A DNA stretch of 64,000 bases from Candidatus Latescibacterota bacterium (GCA_965217585.1 OZ244561.1:3808001-3872000); one strand, 5' to 3'; numbered from the stretch's first letter, positions 1-10,206 are shown. A program made the numbers and translations. Notes: generated by a model not told the origin, from the letters alone.

Positions 1-204
1 CGCAGCGGCCAGCAGGTCTGGGCTGATATTGCCCCCTAAATCGACGATGGCTTCAATGCCCGCCAGTTGAGGTGCGGCCGGCTGGGCGCGGTCGAAAATG
101 CGGAGATTGTGATGGGCACGTACGGCCTCGATCACGTCGGTCGTCCAAGGTGTGGCGATCGCGGCGACCGGGTGGGGCAGGAAGAGGACCTCAAGCCGAC
201 GCAT
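1..204 (-). CDS. Partial CDS (N-terminus, runs off the window); probable D-2-hydroxyacid dehydrogenase-family substrate-binding domain
   Basis: Hand translation from ATG at 204: MRRLEVLFLPHPVAAIATPWTTDVIEAVRAHHNLRIFDRAQPAAPQLAGIEAIVDLGGNISPDLLAAA... Open to the window edge and starts 3 bp after the upstream stop. Family call is by resemblance only. Confidence 0.45.
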   Translation of the reverse strand, partial: MRRLEVLFLPHPVAAIATPWTTDVIEAVRAHHNLRIFDRAQPAAPQLAGIEAIVDLGGNISPDLLAAA

Positions 205-207
205 ACG

Positions 208-984
208 CTAGTACCCCAAATCGGCGCGGACGCGCGCCATCTGTTGGCAGCCAGCCGCGAGAAACGGCTCGTCGCCGCCAGCGAGAATCAGCGAGAAGCC
301 GTCGTCCATGGCGCGTTGGATTGCTTGCGGGTCGCTGGCCGGGCGATAGACCCCGATGCCGGCGGGCTTGCCCGCGCGGCGAGCGGCTGCGGCGAGCTGG
401 GCCTGGGCGTCTTGGAAAACAGACCCCTCGTAGTCAAAGGGCACCCCCAGCGAAATGGACAGATCCACCGGGCCGATGACGAACGTATCGACACCATCGA
501 CAGCGAGAATCTCGTCGATATTGGCGACCGCCTCGGCCGTTTCGATCAGAGCGATGAATACCACTAAGTCGTTTATCTCCGCGAAGTACTCGTCGGTGCG
601 CAATCCGTACTGAGCGGCCCGATGCGGTCCAAAACCGCGAATGCCAACTGGAGGATAGCGGCAGGCGCGAGCGCCTTCTGCGGCTTGGGCGGCGGTGTTT
701 ACGAACGGGGCGAGGATGCCCAGCGCACCCATGTCGAGGTAGAGGCGGATCTGCTCCTCGTCGATGCGCGGCAGGCGGACGATGGGCGTGGCCGGGGTAT
801 TGCCGATGGCCTGCAATTGCGCCTGGATACCGGTGGGGGTTTGCGGCGCGTGTTCCGAATCGATGACGAGAAAATCAAAGCCCGAGTGGCCGAACAGTTC
901 GGCAATGGCCGGAGAGCCAAAGCGGAGCTGGGCACCGAAAGCGGGTTTGCCCGCGGCGAGTTGGTCCTTGATGCGGTTGTGCAT
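208..984 (-). CDS. HpcH/HpaI family class II aldolase
   Basis: Motifs GFDFLVIDSEH, LDMGALG, RYPPVGIRG, IETAEAVANIDEILAVDGVD, IGPVDL. ATG at 984 with GGAG RBS. Confidence 0.9.
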   Translation of the reverse strand: MHNRIKDQLAAGKPAFGAQLRFGSPAIAELFGHSGFDFLVIDSEHAPQTPTGIQAQLQAIGNTPATPIVRLPRIDEEQIRLYLDMGALGILAPFVNTAAQAAEGARACRYPPVGIRGFGPHRAAQYGLRTDEYFAEINDLVVFIALIETAEAVANIDEILAVDGVDTFVIGPVDLSISLGVPFDYEGSVFQDAQAQLAAAARRAGKPAGIGVYRPASDPQAIQRAMDDGFSLILAGGDEPFLAAGCQQMARVRADLGY

Positions 985-992
985 GTAGTCTC

Positions 993-2891
993 CTAACTCC
1001 ACGGCAGGGCGTACGAGGGTTTATTGACGAAACGCTCCATTCCCAAGTCGAGCCGAATCGCCGTGCCGGCTTGGAGACAGACGGTGAAATAGCGGTCCTG
1101 TACGGCGACCGTTTTGTCCTCCAGCTGCCCCTGCACGGTCTGCTGATATAGGGTGGCGTGTGTGTGCCCAACGCCGGCTTCTTCAGCCGAGATGGGCCGA
1201 CGCTGCTGGTAGGCAACGCGGGTGAAGCTGTGCTCGCCAAAAGCACCGGCCTGTAGCAAGACCTCGCGCTCTTGCGTCGGGTGCAGGTTGACCAAGTGTA
1301 GGACGGCCCGCTCGTCTGCGAGCGATTCCACCAAGGCGGCTACGTCTAGCGGCAAGCCCGACCGGCGGCGTTGCGGATCGAAGTAGCGCAGGCGGGCCAT
1401 GAGCAGGCCCCCGTTGTACATGAAGAGCGGGGCACCCATCGTCAGTTGCACCAAGCCCTCGGCGGTGATGGGGTTGCGCACCTGCAGGTACGCGTCGCTG
1501 TAGGTGGCAGGATCTTGCTGGTCGTCGCGCATGAAGGCCAAGCGCTGATATACCTGCGCGTGGTTGTGCCGCAGGATGTCCACCGGGTACTCTGGGTATC
1601 CGCCTTCGAGATACGCGGTCCAAGCGGCTTCGTGGCCGCCGCCGTGCTTGGAAAAGTGCGACCCTACCTGCCGCCAGTTATCGCTGTCGTGGTTGCGCTG
1701 CTGTTTGAGCCGCGCCATGTCCTCTTGCTGCATGCTCATGCACCAGAGGTGGGTCGTGGGATGGGCCTGCATGGGGCTGTAGCCATCCCAGCCTTTGTCG
1801 TGGTAGAAGTGCGGCGCGTGCAGCGTTTGTCCCCTCATTTCCCCCTGCTGCATCAGCACGTCGATTTGCGAGCGCGGAAAGTCCATGTAGTGCAAGTCGC
1901 CGGAGAGCAAGGCTGCGTTTTCCGCGGCCGCAATGCAGGCGTCGCTCAGGTGGTGCCAGCCGTGCGGCCAAGTCCAGCCGTAGTAGCCGCCGTACCACTT
2001 GCCGTCGATGTATTCGCCGATCTGCCCTGAAAGGCCGATGTTGTCGGGCAGGATGCCGTTGTTCTGCCGGGTGCGCTCGATCCAAGCGTTGGTGTATTCC
2101 TCGACCCAAGCTCGGTACTTGTCGTCGCCGCTGCACAGATAGGCGTTGGTCACCATGCTGGTCACCGCGAGGTTGCAGGCCACATCGCCGCGACTCATCC
2201 GCTCGACTAGGGCTTGGCCCATCTTCTCTTCCATGCCCGGCTTTTGCAAATCCTCGACCGTCTCAATGCCGGGAACGTCGTGAAAGGGCAAGGGCCAAGG
2301 TTTCCACCCGGCGTACTTATAGGCCGTGTAGTGCTTTTCAAAGTTGCGGTGCGCCGGCCCCATACTGCCGTTGTGGGCGCAGCGGATGAGCTTTTTCTCC
2401 GCGTCGTAATTGGGGGCCTCTGGGTCTTCGTTGAGATAGAAGCCCGCATAGCGCTTGGCGCGCTCGACATTCTTTTCGTGCGTTGGATCGGCGAGGCACA
2501 GCAAATAGAAAAATAAGTACCCCTCGCCTTGGTGCATCCAGTCGTAGCCTTGCTCGTATTCTTTGACGATCATGGGGTGGCCGTGGCCGCTGTCGTAGCG
2601 AGTGAACTGCCGGGTAATGCCCTCCCAAGTGCGGTGGGAATATTCGAGCATGTGATCGCCGCCGCCCATCAAGTAAAAGAGCGGCCAATTGTGGAAGCTC
2701 TCGTACGCGTCGTCCAGACCGTCGATGCTGCTAAAGTCATCTGTGGTCGGCCACAGCACCGAGCCATCTGGGCGCACGTAGCGCTCCATGAGCGGATGGA
2801 CGGAGGCGTCCATCAGGTCGATTAGGCTGCGCTCGAGAACGGCCCATTGGGGCGGCTCGACAAACGGTACGTTGCCTTCGATTCTTACCAT
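993..2891 (-). CDS. Conserved hypothetical cytoplasmic enzyme (632 aa), probable (alpha/alpha)-barrel fold
   Basis: ATG at 2891 with GGAGG RBS. Trp/Tyr/Asp-rich motifs DGLDDAYESFHNWP, YDWMHQGEG, GKWYGGYYGWTWPHGW. No signal peptide. Fold is inferred. Confidence 0.6.
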   Translation of the reverse strand: MVRIEGNVPFVEPPQWAVLERSLIDLMDASVHPLMERYVRPDGSVLWPTTDDFSSIDGLDDAYESFHNWPLFYLMGGGDHMLEYSHRTWEGITRQFTRYDSGHGHPMIVKEYEQGYDWMHQGEGYLFFYLLCLADPTHEKNVERAKRYAGFYLNEDPEAPNYDAEKKLIRCAHNGSMGPAHRNFEKHYTAYKYAGWKPWPLPFHDVPGIETVEDLQKPGMEEKMGQALVERMSRGDVACNLAVTSMVTNAYLCSGDDKYRAWVEEYTNAWIERTRQNNGILPDNIGLSGQIGEYIDGKWYGGYYGWTWPHGWHHLSDACIAAAENAALLSGDLHYMDFPRSQIDVLMQQGEMRGQTLHAPHFYHDKGWDGYSPMQAHPTTHLWCMSMQQEDMARLKQQRNHDSDNWRQVGSHFSKHGGGHEAAWTAYLEGGYPEYPVDILRHNHAQVYQRLAFMRDDQQDPATYSDAYLQVRNPITAEGLVQLTMGAPLFMYNGGLLMARLRYFDPQRRRSGLPLDVAALVESLADERAVLHLVNLHPTQEREVLLQAGAFGEHSFTRVAYQQRRPISAEEAGVGHTHATLYQQTVQGQLEDKTVAVQDRYFTVCLQAGTAIRLDLGMERFVNKPSYALPWS

Positions 2892-2901
2892 TTTAGCCTC
2901 C

Positions 2902-4581
2902 TCATGTGTTGCGCACGAGGGCCTCCACCTGCTCGCGGAAGACCTCAATTTGCGCTGCGTATTGGTGGCGCAATTGGATAATGAATTGCCCAAAGAGCCG
3001 CTCCTGCTTTTGGCGGCGCACCAGCGCCCGCGCTCGGCGCTCGGCCTGCGCGAAGGGCCTCGGTGCGGCGTTGATCGTCGAATCGAGCAACCGGAAAATG
3101 GCGTAGTACGGGCCGCTGACCGGCTCAGAGCTTAGCACCTCGGCGGCGGTGACCTCCACGGCGATGGGGCCGATGAGTGTGCCGATTTTTTGCCCTTGTG
3201 CCGCCTCAAAGAGTGGGACGAACTGTTGCTTTTCCCAAGGATGCAGATGGAACTCGCCCTGCTGGGCTTTGCCGCGCCGGCGCAGGGTGTGCTCGGCAGC
3301 CAGCGCGCCTAAGTCGCCGCCGCGCTCCACCTCCTCGCGCAGCGCGAGCGCCTCCTCCTCGGTGCGGAGCAAAATTTCCTGCACACCGATCGATTCGAGG
3401 GGGCGGAAAAGGTCTAAGTGGCGGTCGTAGAACGCGCGAGCTTCTTCGCGGCTGGCGAAGACGCCATCGACCACGTCCCGGCGCATGGCCACCAGTAGCT
3501 TTGATAGCTGCCGCTTTTGGAACCAAGCGACCACGCCCTCTTCGCGGTCAACGCCCGCCGTATACGCGCCAGCCAAGAGCAGGGCTCGCGGCTCGACGAT
3601 GTCCTCGACGAACCAATCGAACCGCTCGGGCGCGTCCTCTGGGAAGCCGACGCCTAGCTCGCGGGCAAAATCGAGCAGATTGCCGATGGTAAAGACGCCG
3701 CTCTCGTGCTCGTAGATAGGCTGCTCAAGCTCCTCCGCAGAAAACGCCTTGGCACCCTGCCCGATGCGCCCGCGTACGCGCTCCAAAGCTTGGGCGTGAA
3801 CCACAAAGTCGAGTTCCTGCCGCAAGCGGGCCGACAGCGCCTGCACGGCCGGCGGCAGCTTCTCCGCGAGCAGTTCGGCCTCGATTACCAACTGTACGAC
3901 CGAGAGCGCGACCGGCACTTCGGCTGTTACCTCGTACACGCCGAACTGGTCGTTGAAGAGCACTGGCTCCGAAAACTGGCCCGGTGCCAGCGGAAAGACC
4001 TCTTCCTGCAAGATGGATGGGTACAGCTCGTCCTTGAGCAGGTAGCGGCCTCCCTCTAGCTGAGTCGCGTTGAGCAGGTTGCGGCTGGCCCATGTATCGA
4101 AGTAGTCGCCGCCTTCCAAGGCCGCCTTGACTTCTCGCGCCTCTTGTATTGTGGCAACTACGATGCGCCGCACCTGCACGGCGCGGTCGCGGCCCGTCTC
4201 TCGTTGATGGGCCAGCAGTTCTTCTTGCGTGTGGACGATCTTGTCGTACACCTCTAGCTGCAAAAAGCGGCGCAAGACGCGGTCGCTATACAATTTGTCC
4301 ATCTTGCGGCGGAAGTCGGCGCGCTGGTCGAGGCCCCGCTTTTTGGCTTCTAGGACCATGAGCTCCTTGTCGATCATAGTTTGCAAGTAGTCGAAATAGG
4401 CGTCAGCACCCGTCTTTTTGCTCCGCAGATCGGGGTGTAGCCTTTCTTCAAATTCCAGCAATTGGGGGGCGTCGATTTCCACCTCGCCGACTCGGGCCAC
4501 CACCAAGTCCTCGGTTGGGGTGCCGCAGCCCCAGAAAACGAGGAGCCACAACCAATATACCGCGTATTTCGATCTAATCAC
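2902..4581 (-). CDS. Parvulin/PpiC-type peptidyl-prolyl isomerase lipoprotein (SurA/PrsA-like, two rotamase-like modules)
   Basis: Lipobox-like VFWGC; VVARVGEVEI; LQTMIDKELMVLEAKKRGLD; two modules VQVRRIVVATIQEA...FSEPV and VQEILLRTEEEA...LIGPI. Confidence 0.75.
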   Translation of the reverse strand: MIRSKYAVYWLWLLVFWGCGTPTEDLVVARVGEVEIDAPQLLEFEERLHPDLRSKKTGADAYFDYLQTMIDKELMVLEAKKRGLDQRADFRRKMDKLYSDRVLRRFLQLEVYDKIVHTQEELLAHQRETGRDRAVQVRRIVVATIQEAREVKAALEGGDYFDTWASRNLLNATQLEGGRYLLKDELYPSILQEEVFPLAPGQFSEPVLFNDQFGVYEVTAEVPVALSVVQLVIEAELLAEKLPPAVQALSARLRQELDFVVHAQALERVRGRIGQGAKAFSAEELEQPIYEHESGVFTIGNLLDFARELGVGFPEDAPERFDWFVEDIVEPRALLLAGAYTAGVDREEGVVAWFQKRQLSKLLVAMRRDVVDGVFASREEARAFYDRHLDLFRPLESIGVQEILLRTEEEALALREEVERGGDLGALAAEHTLRRRGKAQQGEFHLHPWEKQQFVPLFEAAQGQKIGTLIGPIAVEVTAAEVLSSEPVSGPYYAIFRLLDSTINAAPRPFAQAERRARALVRRQKQERLFGQFIIQLRHQYAAQIEVFREQVEALVRNT

Positions 4582-7432
4582 TAAGCCCTGCTTGTACTGT
4601 GACGAAAGTCAATCCACTGGTTTCGGTGCGGGCCTGCTGCGCCGCGCGCTCTATCTGCCGCTTGTCAATGCGCAGCCCCACTTGGGACATGAGCTTATAG
4701 CCCAAGTACGATGTCGTATTGGACAATTGCACGGCAAAGGACGTCTCGTCGTAGTCCCCAGTGGAGTCGCCCGGGTTGACGGTGGTTTCGTCCACGACCA
4801 TGTCGCGGAAGCGCAAGTGCTCCACGCCGAGTTGTACGACCGAGCGTTTCATAAAGGGCACCTTTACCAATACCGAGGCCATCGTGCTCCAGTCGCGGCG
4901 CTCGGCTGTGGGGGTGCCCAGCTGCCGCTCGATATTGAACGGGGTATCGTCCATGAACAGCTCTTGCTTGAGGCGCGGTAGCGCGGTTATGCGGCCCAAA
5001 TGCACCGGGTACTCGGCCTTGTTGATCAGCCCCAAGCGCCGCGCATTGCGTTGCAAGGGGCGGCCATCGCGGTCAACGGCATCTTCTCGCCGCTGCTGAA
5101 TGAATTCATACAGCAGCTTGTTCTCGCTTTGGAAGCCATCGCGGCCGCGGCGCTCAGCGCCTATCCACAGCTTGTTGACCAAGGCGTCGCCCATACCCAG
5201 CGGATCGCGGATGGCGGTCATGCTGCCCGGGGAGTTGCTCGGGCGACCGAGCACGGGGCGCAGTTGAATCCACTGCACCAAGTCTTCGGCGATCGCGTCG
5301 GCGACCCACTTGAACGAATTATACGCCGTCAGCGTGCCCAATCCGGCAAAGCTCTGTTCGTACGCGAGCAGGGCATAATACGTGCGGTTGCGTGCACCCG
5401 TCGTCGGCTTGCGCTCCCACACCTGTCCAGTCGTCAGCTTGAGCTCGGGCCGGAGCTCCGCGCTTAGATAGGCGTTGTACCCGCGCCGGTCGCGCTTGTA
5501 GGGGTAGTCGGGCTCTTCGTCGTTTTCAAAGCGGTCGCCCCAGCCGTTGTTGTTCAAGTCGAGAGCGAAGAGATATTCCGGCCGATCGACATTGTAGCGG
5601 AGAAAAGGCTCTTCGTAGTCGGGCAAGAAATTGGGACGCTGGCGCAGGTCGTTTTGATTGAAATCGGAAATAAAGTCGTTGTTCTCGTCGAGGCCCGGGA
5701 AGACCGCGTCGTCGGCAAAGCCCTCAAAGGTGCGCGCGCGGACGCCGCGCTGGTCGCCGGTGCGGCCGTCGTCAAAGCGGCGCTTCTGGTCGTTGATGCG
5801 GTCGTTGTCGTCATTGTCATCGACAAAGTCGTACACGTGCCGCGCCCGCGCTTCGTCGTCGTTTGACCAATCAACCCGGCCGCTGCTATCGACAAAGCGG
5901 GGGCTCGTGTCGTATTCGGCGTCTAGGCCAAATGCCTCGCCAAAAAAGAAAAACGGTGCGAAGCGGCGCGATACATTGAACATCCAGCCGAGGGCCGCGC
6001 GATCCCCGCCAATGCCCGAGGACGCTTTGTGCGTATCCCGCGTCCGCGTCGGGTACTGGGTGAATTGGTGATTGACGTTGAATTCGCCGTACGCGCGGAA
6101 GCCAGCCCAATCGTCGGCCTGTAGCGTCAGCCCGGCTACCTGCGTCGCCGTCGGCAGCCCGTAGTCGAAGACCACCGTCCGCTGGTTGGAGTTGTCCCAG
6201 ACGTTGCCCTCGGCCCGGGCGACCGTGCGAAACTGCGGCTGCTCGCCGCTGAAGTTGTTGTCGGTCTGGCGGTTGGACGTGACCTCTACCTTGTAGTCGT
6301 TGCCCAACGCCAAGTGGAAGCGCACCCGGCTGATTTGGTTGACCAAGTCCGCGCTCGGCACTACGGCCTCTAGGTCCGAGACCGCCGGATCGTCGTCGGA
6401 AAACACGTATTCGAGCAAGATCTGGCTCGCCTCGCCCCGGCCCTCGGCCGTCAGAAAACCACCCCGCTCGATCCCACCGATGATGCGCGGCGCGAAGCCA
6501 ATCTGACTGCCAATTAGCAGGGTATCCCGCTCGCCGATCCGCGTCTCAATCTCAATGTCGCTGCTAAAAAGCACGGCCCCGCCGCCCTCGTCTTCGGGCG
6601 AATCGTCGGTCAGCCGCACCACGATGCGGTCGATGCGTCCGTCTAGCTGGCCGCTCGTCAGCTTACCCTTGAGCGGGTGTCCCTCAAAGCGGTCGGAAGC
6701 CGTGCGGCCGTTGTGCGCGTTGAGAAAGGTGCCGCCGATCCGCGTCGTAGCACCCAGGTCCCAGACCACGCGCCCGCCGATGAGGTTGGTGAAATTGTCC
6801 TCTGTCACGGGAAAGGGGTCCGTGCGGAAAAGCGGCAGGTTGATCCGCGACATGAGCACGGTGGCCGTCAGGCGATCAGCCGCGTAGTTGAACATAACCC
6901 CATTGTACGCGGTCTTGCGAAAGGTCATGGGCGTCAGCATGGCGAAGATTTCGTCGCCGATGAGCACCGAGAAATAGTGCTGGCCCTTGGTGTCGCCGGC
7001 AAGGACCAAGTTGTTGAACCACGAGCCGTATTGGCCGGCCTGCAAAATGCCCGAGCCGCCCGAGCCGGTTGGCTGTATCTGACGCCAGTCGTAGATCAAC
7101 CAGCCCTTGTTCAAGAAGCGCCCGTAGAGGTCGTAGAAGTACCCGCCCTCCAAGGCGGGATTGAGGTAGCGCCGGTATGGGTCCCGCGCGTAGTTGGTGT
7201 AGGTCCACTGCCGGCGGTACTCGCCGGCGATTTCCTGCGGCAGATACCACTTCTGCAACGAGGGATAGACGGCCTCCATGCGCAGCCCCGTGCCGGACGA
7301 ATAGTAGATCGGCTGGCCCGCTTCGATGCGGCCCAAGCGGCTACCGTAATCCTCGCGCTGGGCCTTGAGCGGCGCGGCCCCAAGCAGCGCGACCCAGCAG
7401 AGAGCGCCGACGCGGCGCAAGCAGGCATTCAT
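4574..7432 (-). CDS. Large exported hypothetical protein (952 aa), putative outer-membrane beta-barrel with Asp-rich insert; paralogue of 7437-10193
   Basis: Signal peptide; Asp/Asn-rich block (DDNDDNDR...DENNDFISDFNQND...DLNNNGWGDRFEND); alternating-hydrophobic strands at the C-terminus ending FVTVQAGLSD. Confidence 0.65.
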   Translation of the reverse strand: MNACLRRVGALCWVALLGAAPLKAQREDYGSRLGRIEAGQPIYYSSGTGLRMEAVYPSLQKWYLPQEIAGEYRRQWTYTNYARDPYRRYLNPALEGGYFYDLYGRFLNKGWLIYDWRQIQPTGSGGSGILQAGQYGSWFNNLVLAGDTKGQHYFSVLIGDEIFAMLTPMTFRKTAYNGVMFNYAADRLTATVLMSRINLPLFRTDPFPVTEDNFTNLIGGRVVWDLGATTRIGGTFLNAHNGRTASDRFEGHPLKGKLTSGQLDGRIDRIVVRLTDDSPEDEGGGAVLFSSDIEIETRIGERDTLLIGSQIGFAPRIIGGIERGGFLTAEGRGEASQILLEYVFSDDDPAVSDLEAVVPSADLVNQISRVRFHLALGNDYKVEVTSNRQTDNNFSGEQPQFRTVARAEGNVWDNSNQRTVVFDYGLPTATQVAGLTLQADDWAGFRAYGEFNVNHQFTQYPTRTRDTHKASSGIGGDRAALGWMFNVSRRFAPFFFFGEAFGLDAEYDTSPRFVDSSGRVDWSNDDEARARHVYDFVDDNDDNDRINDQKRRFDDGRTGDQRGVRARTFEGFADDAVFPGLDENNDFISDFNQNDLRQRPNFLPDYEEPFLRYNVDRPEYLFALDLNNNGWGDRFENDEEPDYPYKRDRRGYNAYLSAELRPELKLTTGQVWERKPTTGARNRTYYALLAYEQSFAGLGTLTAYNSFKWVADAIAEDLVQWIQLRPVLGRPSNSPGSMTAIRDPLGMGDALVNKLWIGAERRGRDGFQSENKLLYEFIQQRREDAVDRDGRPLQRNARRLGLINKAEYPVHLGRITALPRLKQELFMDDTPFNIERQLGTPTAERRDWSTMASVLVKVPFMKRSVVQLGVEHLRFRDMVVDETTVNPGDSTGDYDETSFAVQLSNTTSYLGYKLMSQVGLRIDKRQIERAAQQARTETSGLTFVTVQAGLSD

Positions 7433-7436
7433 GCCG

Positions 7437-10193
7437 CTACTCCAGCCCCGCGTACACGGTTATGAAGCTGGTGCTAAAGGCGCTGATTTCATTCACCTGC
7501 TCCAAGCCTTCGCTGCCGATAATCACCCGCTCCTCCCACAGGCGCGTATAACTAAAGCCAAACTGCGTCGTGAGCTGGTAGCCCAAGTAGGAGCCGGCGC
7601 TGGACCATTGCAGGGCCAGCACCAAGTTGCGGAAGTCGCCCGTAGGCCCGGCCGGGCCGTTGGTGAGCTGCTCGTCCTCGTCGAGAGCCAAGTCCCGGAA
7701 CAGGGAAAACTCGACGCCCCCTTCCACCAGCGACTGGCTCAACAGCGGGTGGCTCAGCAGCACGATGCCCGTGCCGACCCATTCCTCGCGGTCCTCGGCG
7801 CGCGCTTCGAGCGCGGTCTGGTTGAGATACTCGCTCTTGACCTTGGGCTGCAACCGGAAGCCAGCCAAGCCGAAGGTGTAATCCGCTTTGTTGATCAACC
7901 CAATCAAGTGGCTGCCTTGGTTGAGCACCGGGCCTTTGACGCGGCTTTTGAACGCGCTACCCTGCTGCCAAAAGCGCTCGTACTTGAACTTGTTGCTCGC
8001 GTTTAGATTGTCGAGCGGTTGGTAATCGAGCTGTAAATAGGTCGTGTTGATCCACGTGTCCCGCGCCGGCAGAATGTCGCGCACCAGCGCGAGCGAGTTG
8101 ACTTCGAGGTGCGGCGTCATCTCGCGCCGGTCATCGGCGATATCGTCTTCGACGCGCCGCAGCATCTCAAAGGCCCGCAGCCGGCCCCAAGTAAAGTCGC
8201 GGTCGTAGGTCAGCAGGCCGTACGCAGCGCGGTTGCGCCCGTCGGAGGCCATGCTCTCTTCGCTCAGCCTTCCCAACGTCAGCCGGGTGTGCGGGTCGAG
8301 GAAGACGCCGGCGTACAGGTTGTAGCCTCGGCGATCGACCTTGTAGGGATAGTCGGGCAAGTCGTCGTTTTCAAAGCGGTCGATCCAACCATTGTTGTTT
8401 AGGTCGATGCCAAACAAAAACTCCGGGCGATCGGCCGCATAGCGGAAGAAAGGCTCTTCGTAATCCGGGATGCGGTTGTTGAGAATGCGATTGTCGTTTT
8501 GGTTGAAGTCGGAGACAAAGTCGTTGTTTTCGTCCCACCCCGGGAAGACGGCCACATCGCCGCCGCCCTGCGAGAAGCGGAACCAATCGGCCGAGCGGTC
8601 TTGATCGTCGTTGTCGTCAACCAACTCGTACAGGGACGTGCGCGGATTGTCGTAGGTAATGTCCCCGTTGTCGTCCACGATAAACGAACTCGTCGAGTAA
8701 TCCGGGTCCATGCTGTACGCCTCGCCAAAAAAGTAAAACGGGGCGGCCACTTTTGCGGCGTTGACCATCCAAGCCTCGGCGTCGCGGGCGTGCGTGGCTA
8801 GCGAGCGATCGGCCGCTTGGTGCGCCGGGTTGGGGTACTGGCTGTACGCGCGGCTGACATCGAATTCCGCGTACAGGTCCACGCCCTTGATATCCGTGGC
8901 GTCCAAGGTGAAGCCGTAGATAAAGCGGGACGACGGCAATCCGTAGTCGAAGACGACCCGCTGCTGGTTGGAATTGTCCTGCACATTGCCCTCGGCGCTG
9001 AGGATGTCGAACAACGCCGGAGACTGATCCTCAATGTCTTGGCCCGTCAGCGGCAATACCGGCAGAGCGCGGCTGCCCGTTTGCCGGTCGGACCAAACCT
9101 GCACCTTGTAGTCGTTGGCCAAGACTAAGTCGAACTGCACGGCGACGATCTCCGAGGACCGCGGGCCGGTATAGGCGATATCCGCGAAGTCGTAGTTGAT
9201 GACGATCTTCTCGTCGCCGTCGGCCGCTAAGGCCCCTTCCTTGGGTGCCCCGCCCGAGACCACGGGCCACCGCGCCGGATCGGAGACCACGTCGCGGAGC
9301 CTAAATTGCTCGCGCTCCCCCGTATCTGGATCCTCGCTCGTCAAGAGGATGTCGTGCGAAAACAGGGTGGCCCCGCCCCGACCATCCTCGGGCGAGTCGT
9401 CGCTGAGGATCAGGGCAATGCCCGAGACCGGCAGGCTGCCCTGATTGGCAGCGAGGGTGCCGACGAAGGGGTTGCGCTCAAACGCATCGGCCACTGTGGT
9501 GGAGTTGCGCGCATTGACTAAATTGGCCCCCACGGCCACGAAATCGCCGATCTGCACCACGGCGCGGCCCGCCATCAGGTTGGTGGCATTGGAGACGCCA
9601 CTGGGGGCGCTGGGCGTGCTGCCGATGACCGGGCGGCTCACCCGCGAAAAGAGGAGGGTGCCCTCGTACTTGTCCGCGGCAAAGTCCATCTGCACGCCGC
9701 TGAAGGCCGGCTTGGAAAAGGTGAGCGGGGTCAGGGTCGTGCGGATTCGATCGCCCACCGTGATGGCATAGTAGAACTGGCCTTGCGAGTCCGAGCTAAT
9801 GGTAACCGCGTTGAACCAGTTGTTAAAGCGCCGATCCTTGAAGATGGACGAACCAAATTGCACGGGCTGGTTCTGGCTCCAGTCGTAGATGAGCCAGCCG
9901 CGCGTCAAGTAGTTGCCGTACAGGTCGTAAAACGGAGAGCCTTCAATCGTGGTGCTGACGTAGCGCTCGTACGCGTCGCGCGCGTAGTTGGTGTACTGCC
10001 ACTGCTGCCAGCCGTAGTCGGCAAACAGCTCCTGCGGCACGTACCAGCGCTTGACCGTTGGATCCAAGGCGTCGAAGAGCACGCCCGGCCCCCGCGGTTC
10101 ATAGGTGATTTCCGCGCCCCAGCGCCGGCCTTGGGCATGGGCACTTATCGCCGCGACGAGCAAGGCGGCGAGTACCCACCGTAGGTCTCTCAT
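7437..10193 (-). CDS. Large exported hypothetical protein (918 aa), putative outer-membrane beta-barrel; paralogue of 4574-7432
   Basis: Signal peptide (AHA|Q). Shares motifs along its full length with the neighbour: WY.PQE, YTNYARD, YDLYG...GWLIYDW, DDSPED, AEGNV.DNSNQ, PDYEEPF.RY, GLINKA.Y, YLGY.L, F.TV.AGL. Confidence 0.65.
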   Translation of the reverse strand: MRDLRWVLAALLVAAISAHAQGRRWGAEITYEPRGPGVLFDALDPTVKRWYVPQELFADYGWQQWQYTNYARDAYERYVSTTIEGSPFYDLYGNYLTRGWLIYDWSQNQPVQFGSSIFKDRRFNNWFNAVTISSDSQGQFYYAITVGDRIRTTLTPLTFSKPAFSGVQMDFAADKYEGTLLFSRVSRPVIGSTPSAPSGVSNATNLMAGRAVVQIGDFVAVGANLVNARNSTTVADAFERNPFVGTLAANQGSLPVSGIALILSDDSPEDGRGGATLFSHDILLTSEDPDTGEREQFRLRDVVSDPARWPVVSGGAPKEGALAADGDEKIVINYDFADIAYTGPRSSEIVAVQFDLVLANDYKVQVWSDRQTGSRALPVLPLTGQDIEDQSPALFDILSAEGNVQDNSNQQRVVFDYGLPSSRFIYGFTLDATDIKGVDLYAEFDVSRAYSQYPNPAHQAADRSLATHARDAEAWMVNAAKVAAPFYFFGEAYSMDPDYSTSSFIVDDNGDITYDNPRTSLYELVDDNDDQDRSADWFRFSQGGGDVAVFPGWDENNDFVSDFNQNDNRILNNRIPDYEEPFFRYAADRPEFLFGIDLNNNGWIDRFENDDLPDYPYKVDRRGYNLYAGVFLDPHTRLTLGRLSEESMASDGRNRAAYGLLTYDRDFTWGRLRAFEMLRRVEDDIADDRREMTPHLEVNSLALVRDILPARDTWINTTYLQLDYQPLDNLNASNKFKYERFWQQGSAFKSRVKGPVLNQGSHLIGLINKADYTFGLAGFRLQPKVKSEYLNQTALEARAEDREEWVGTGIVLLSHPLLSQSLVEGGVEFSLFRDLALDEDEQLTNGPAGPTGDFRNLVLALQWSSAGSYLGYQLTTQFGFSYTRLWEERVIIGSEGLEQVNEISAFSTSFITVYAGLE

Positions 10194-10206
10194 TAGACTC
10201 TCCTAA

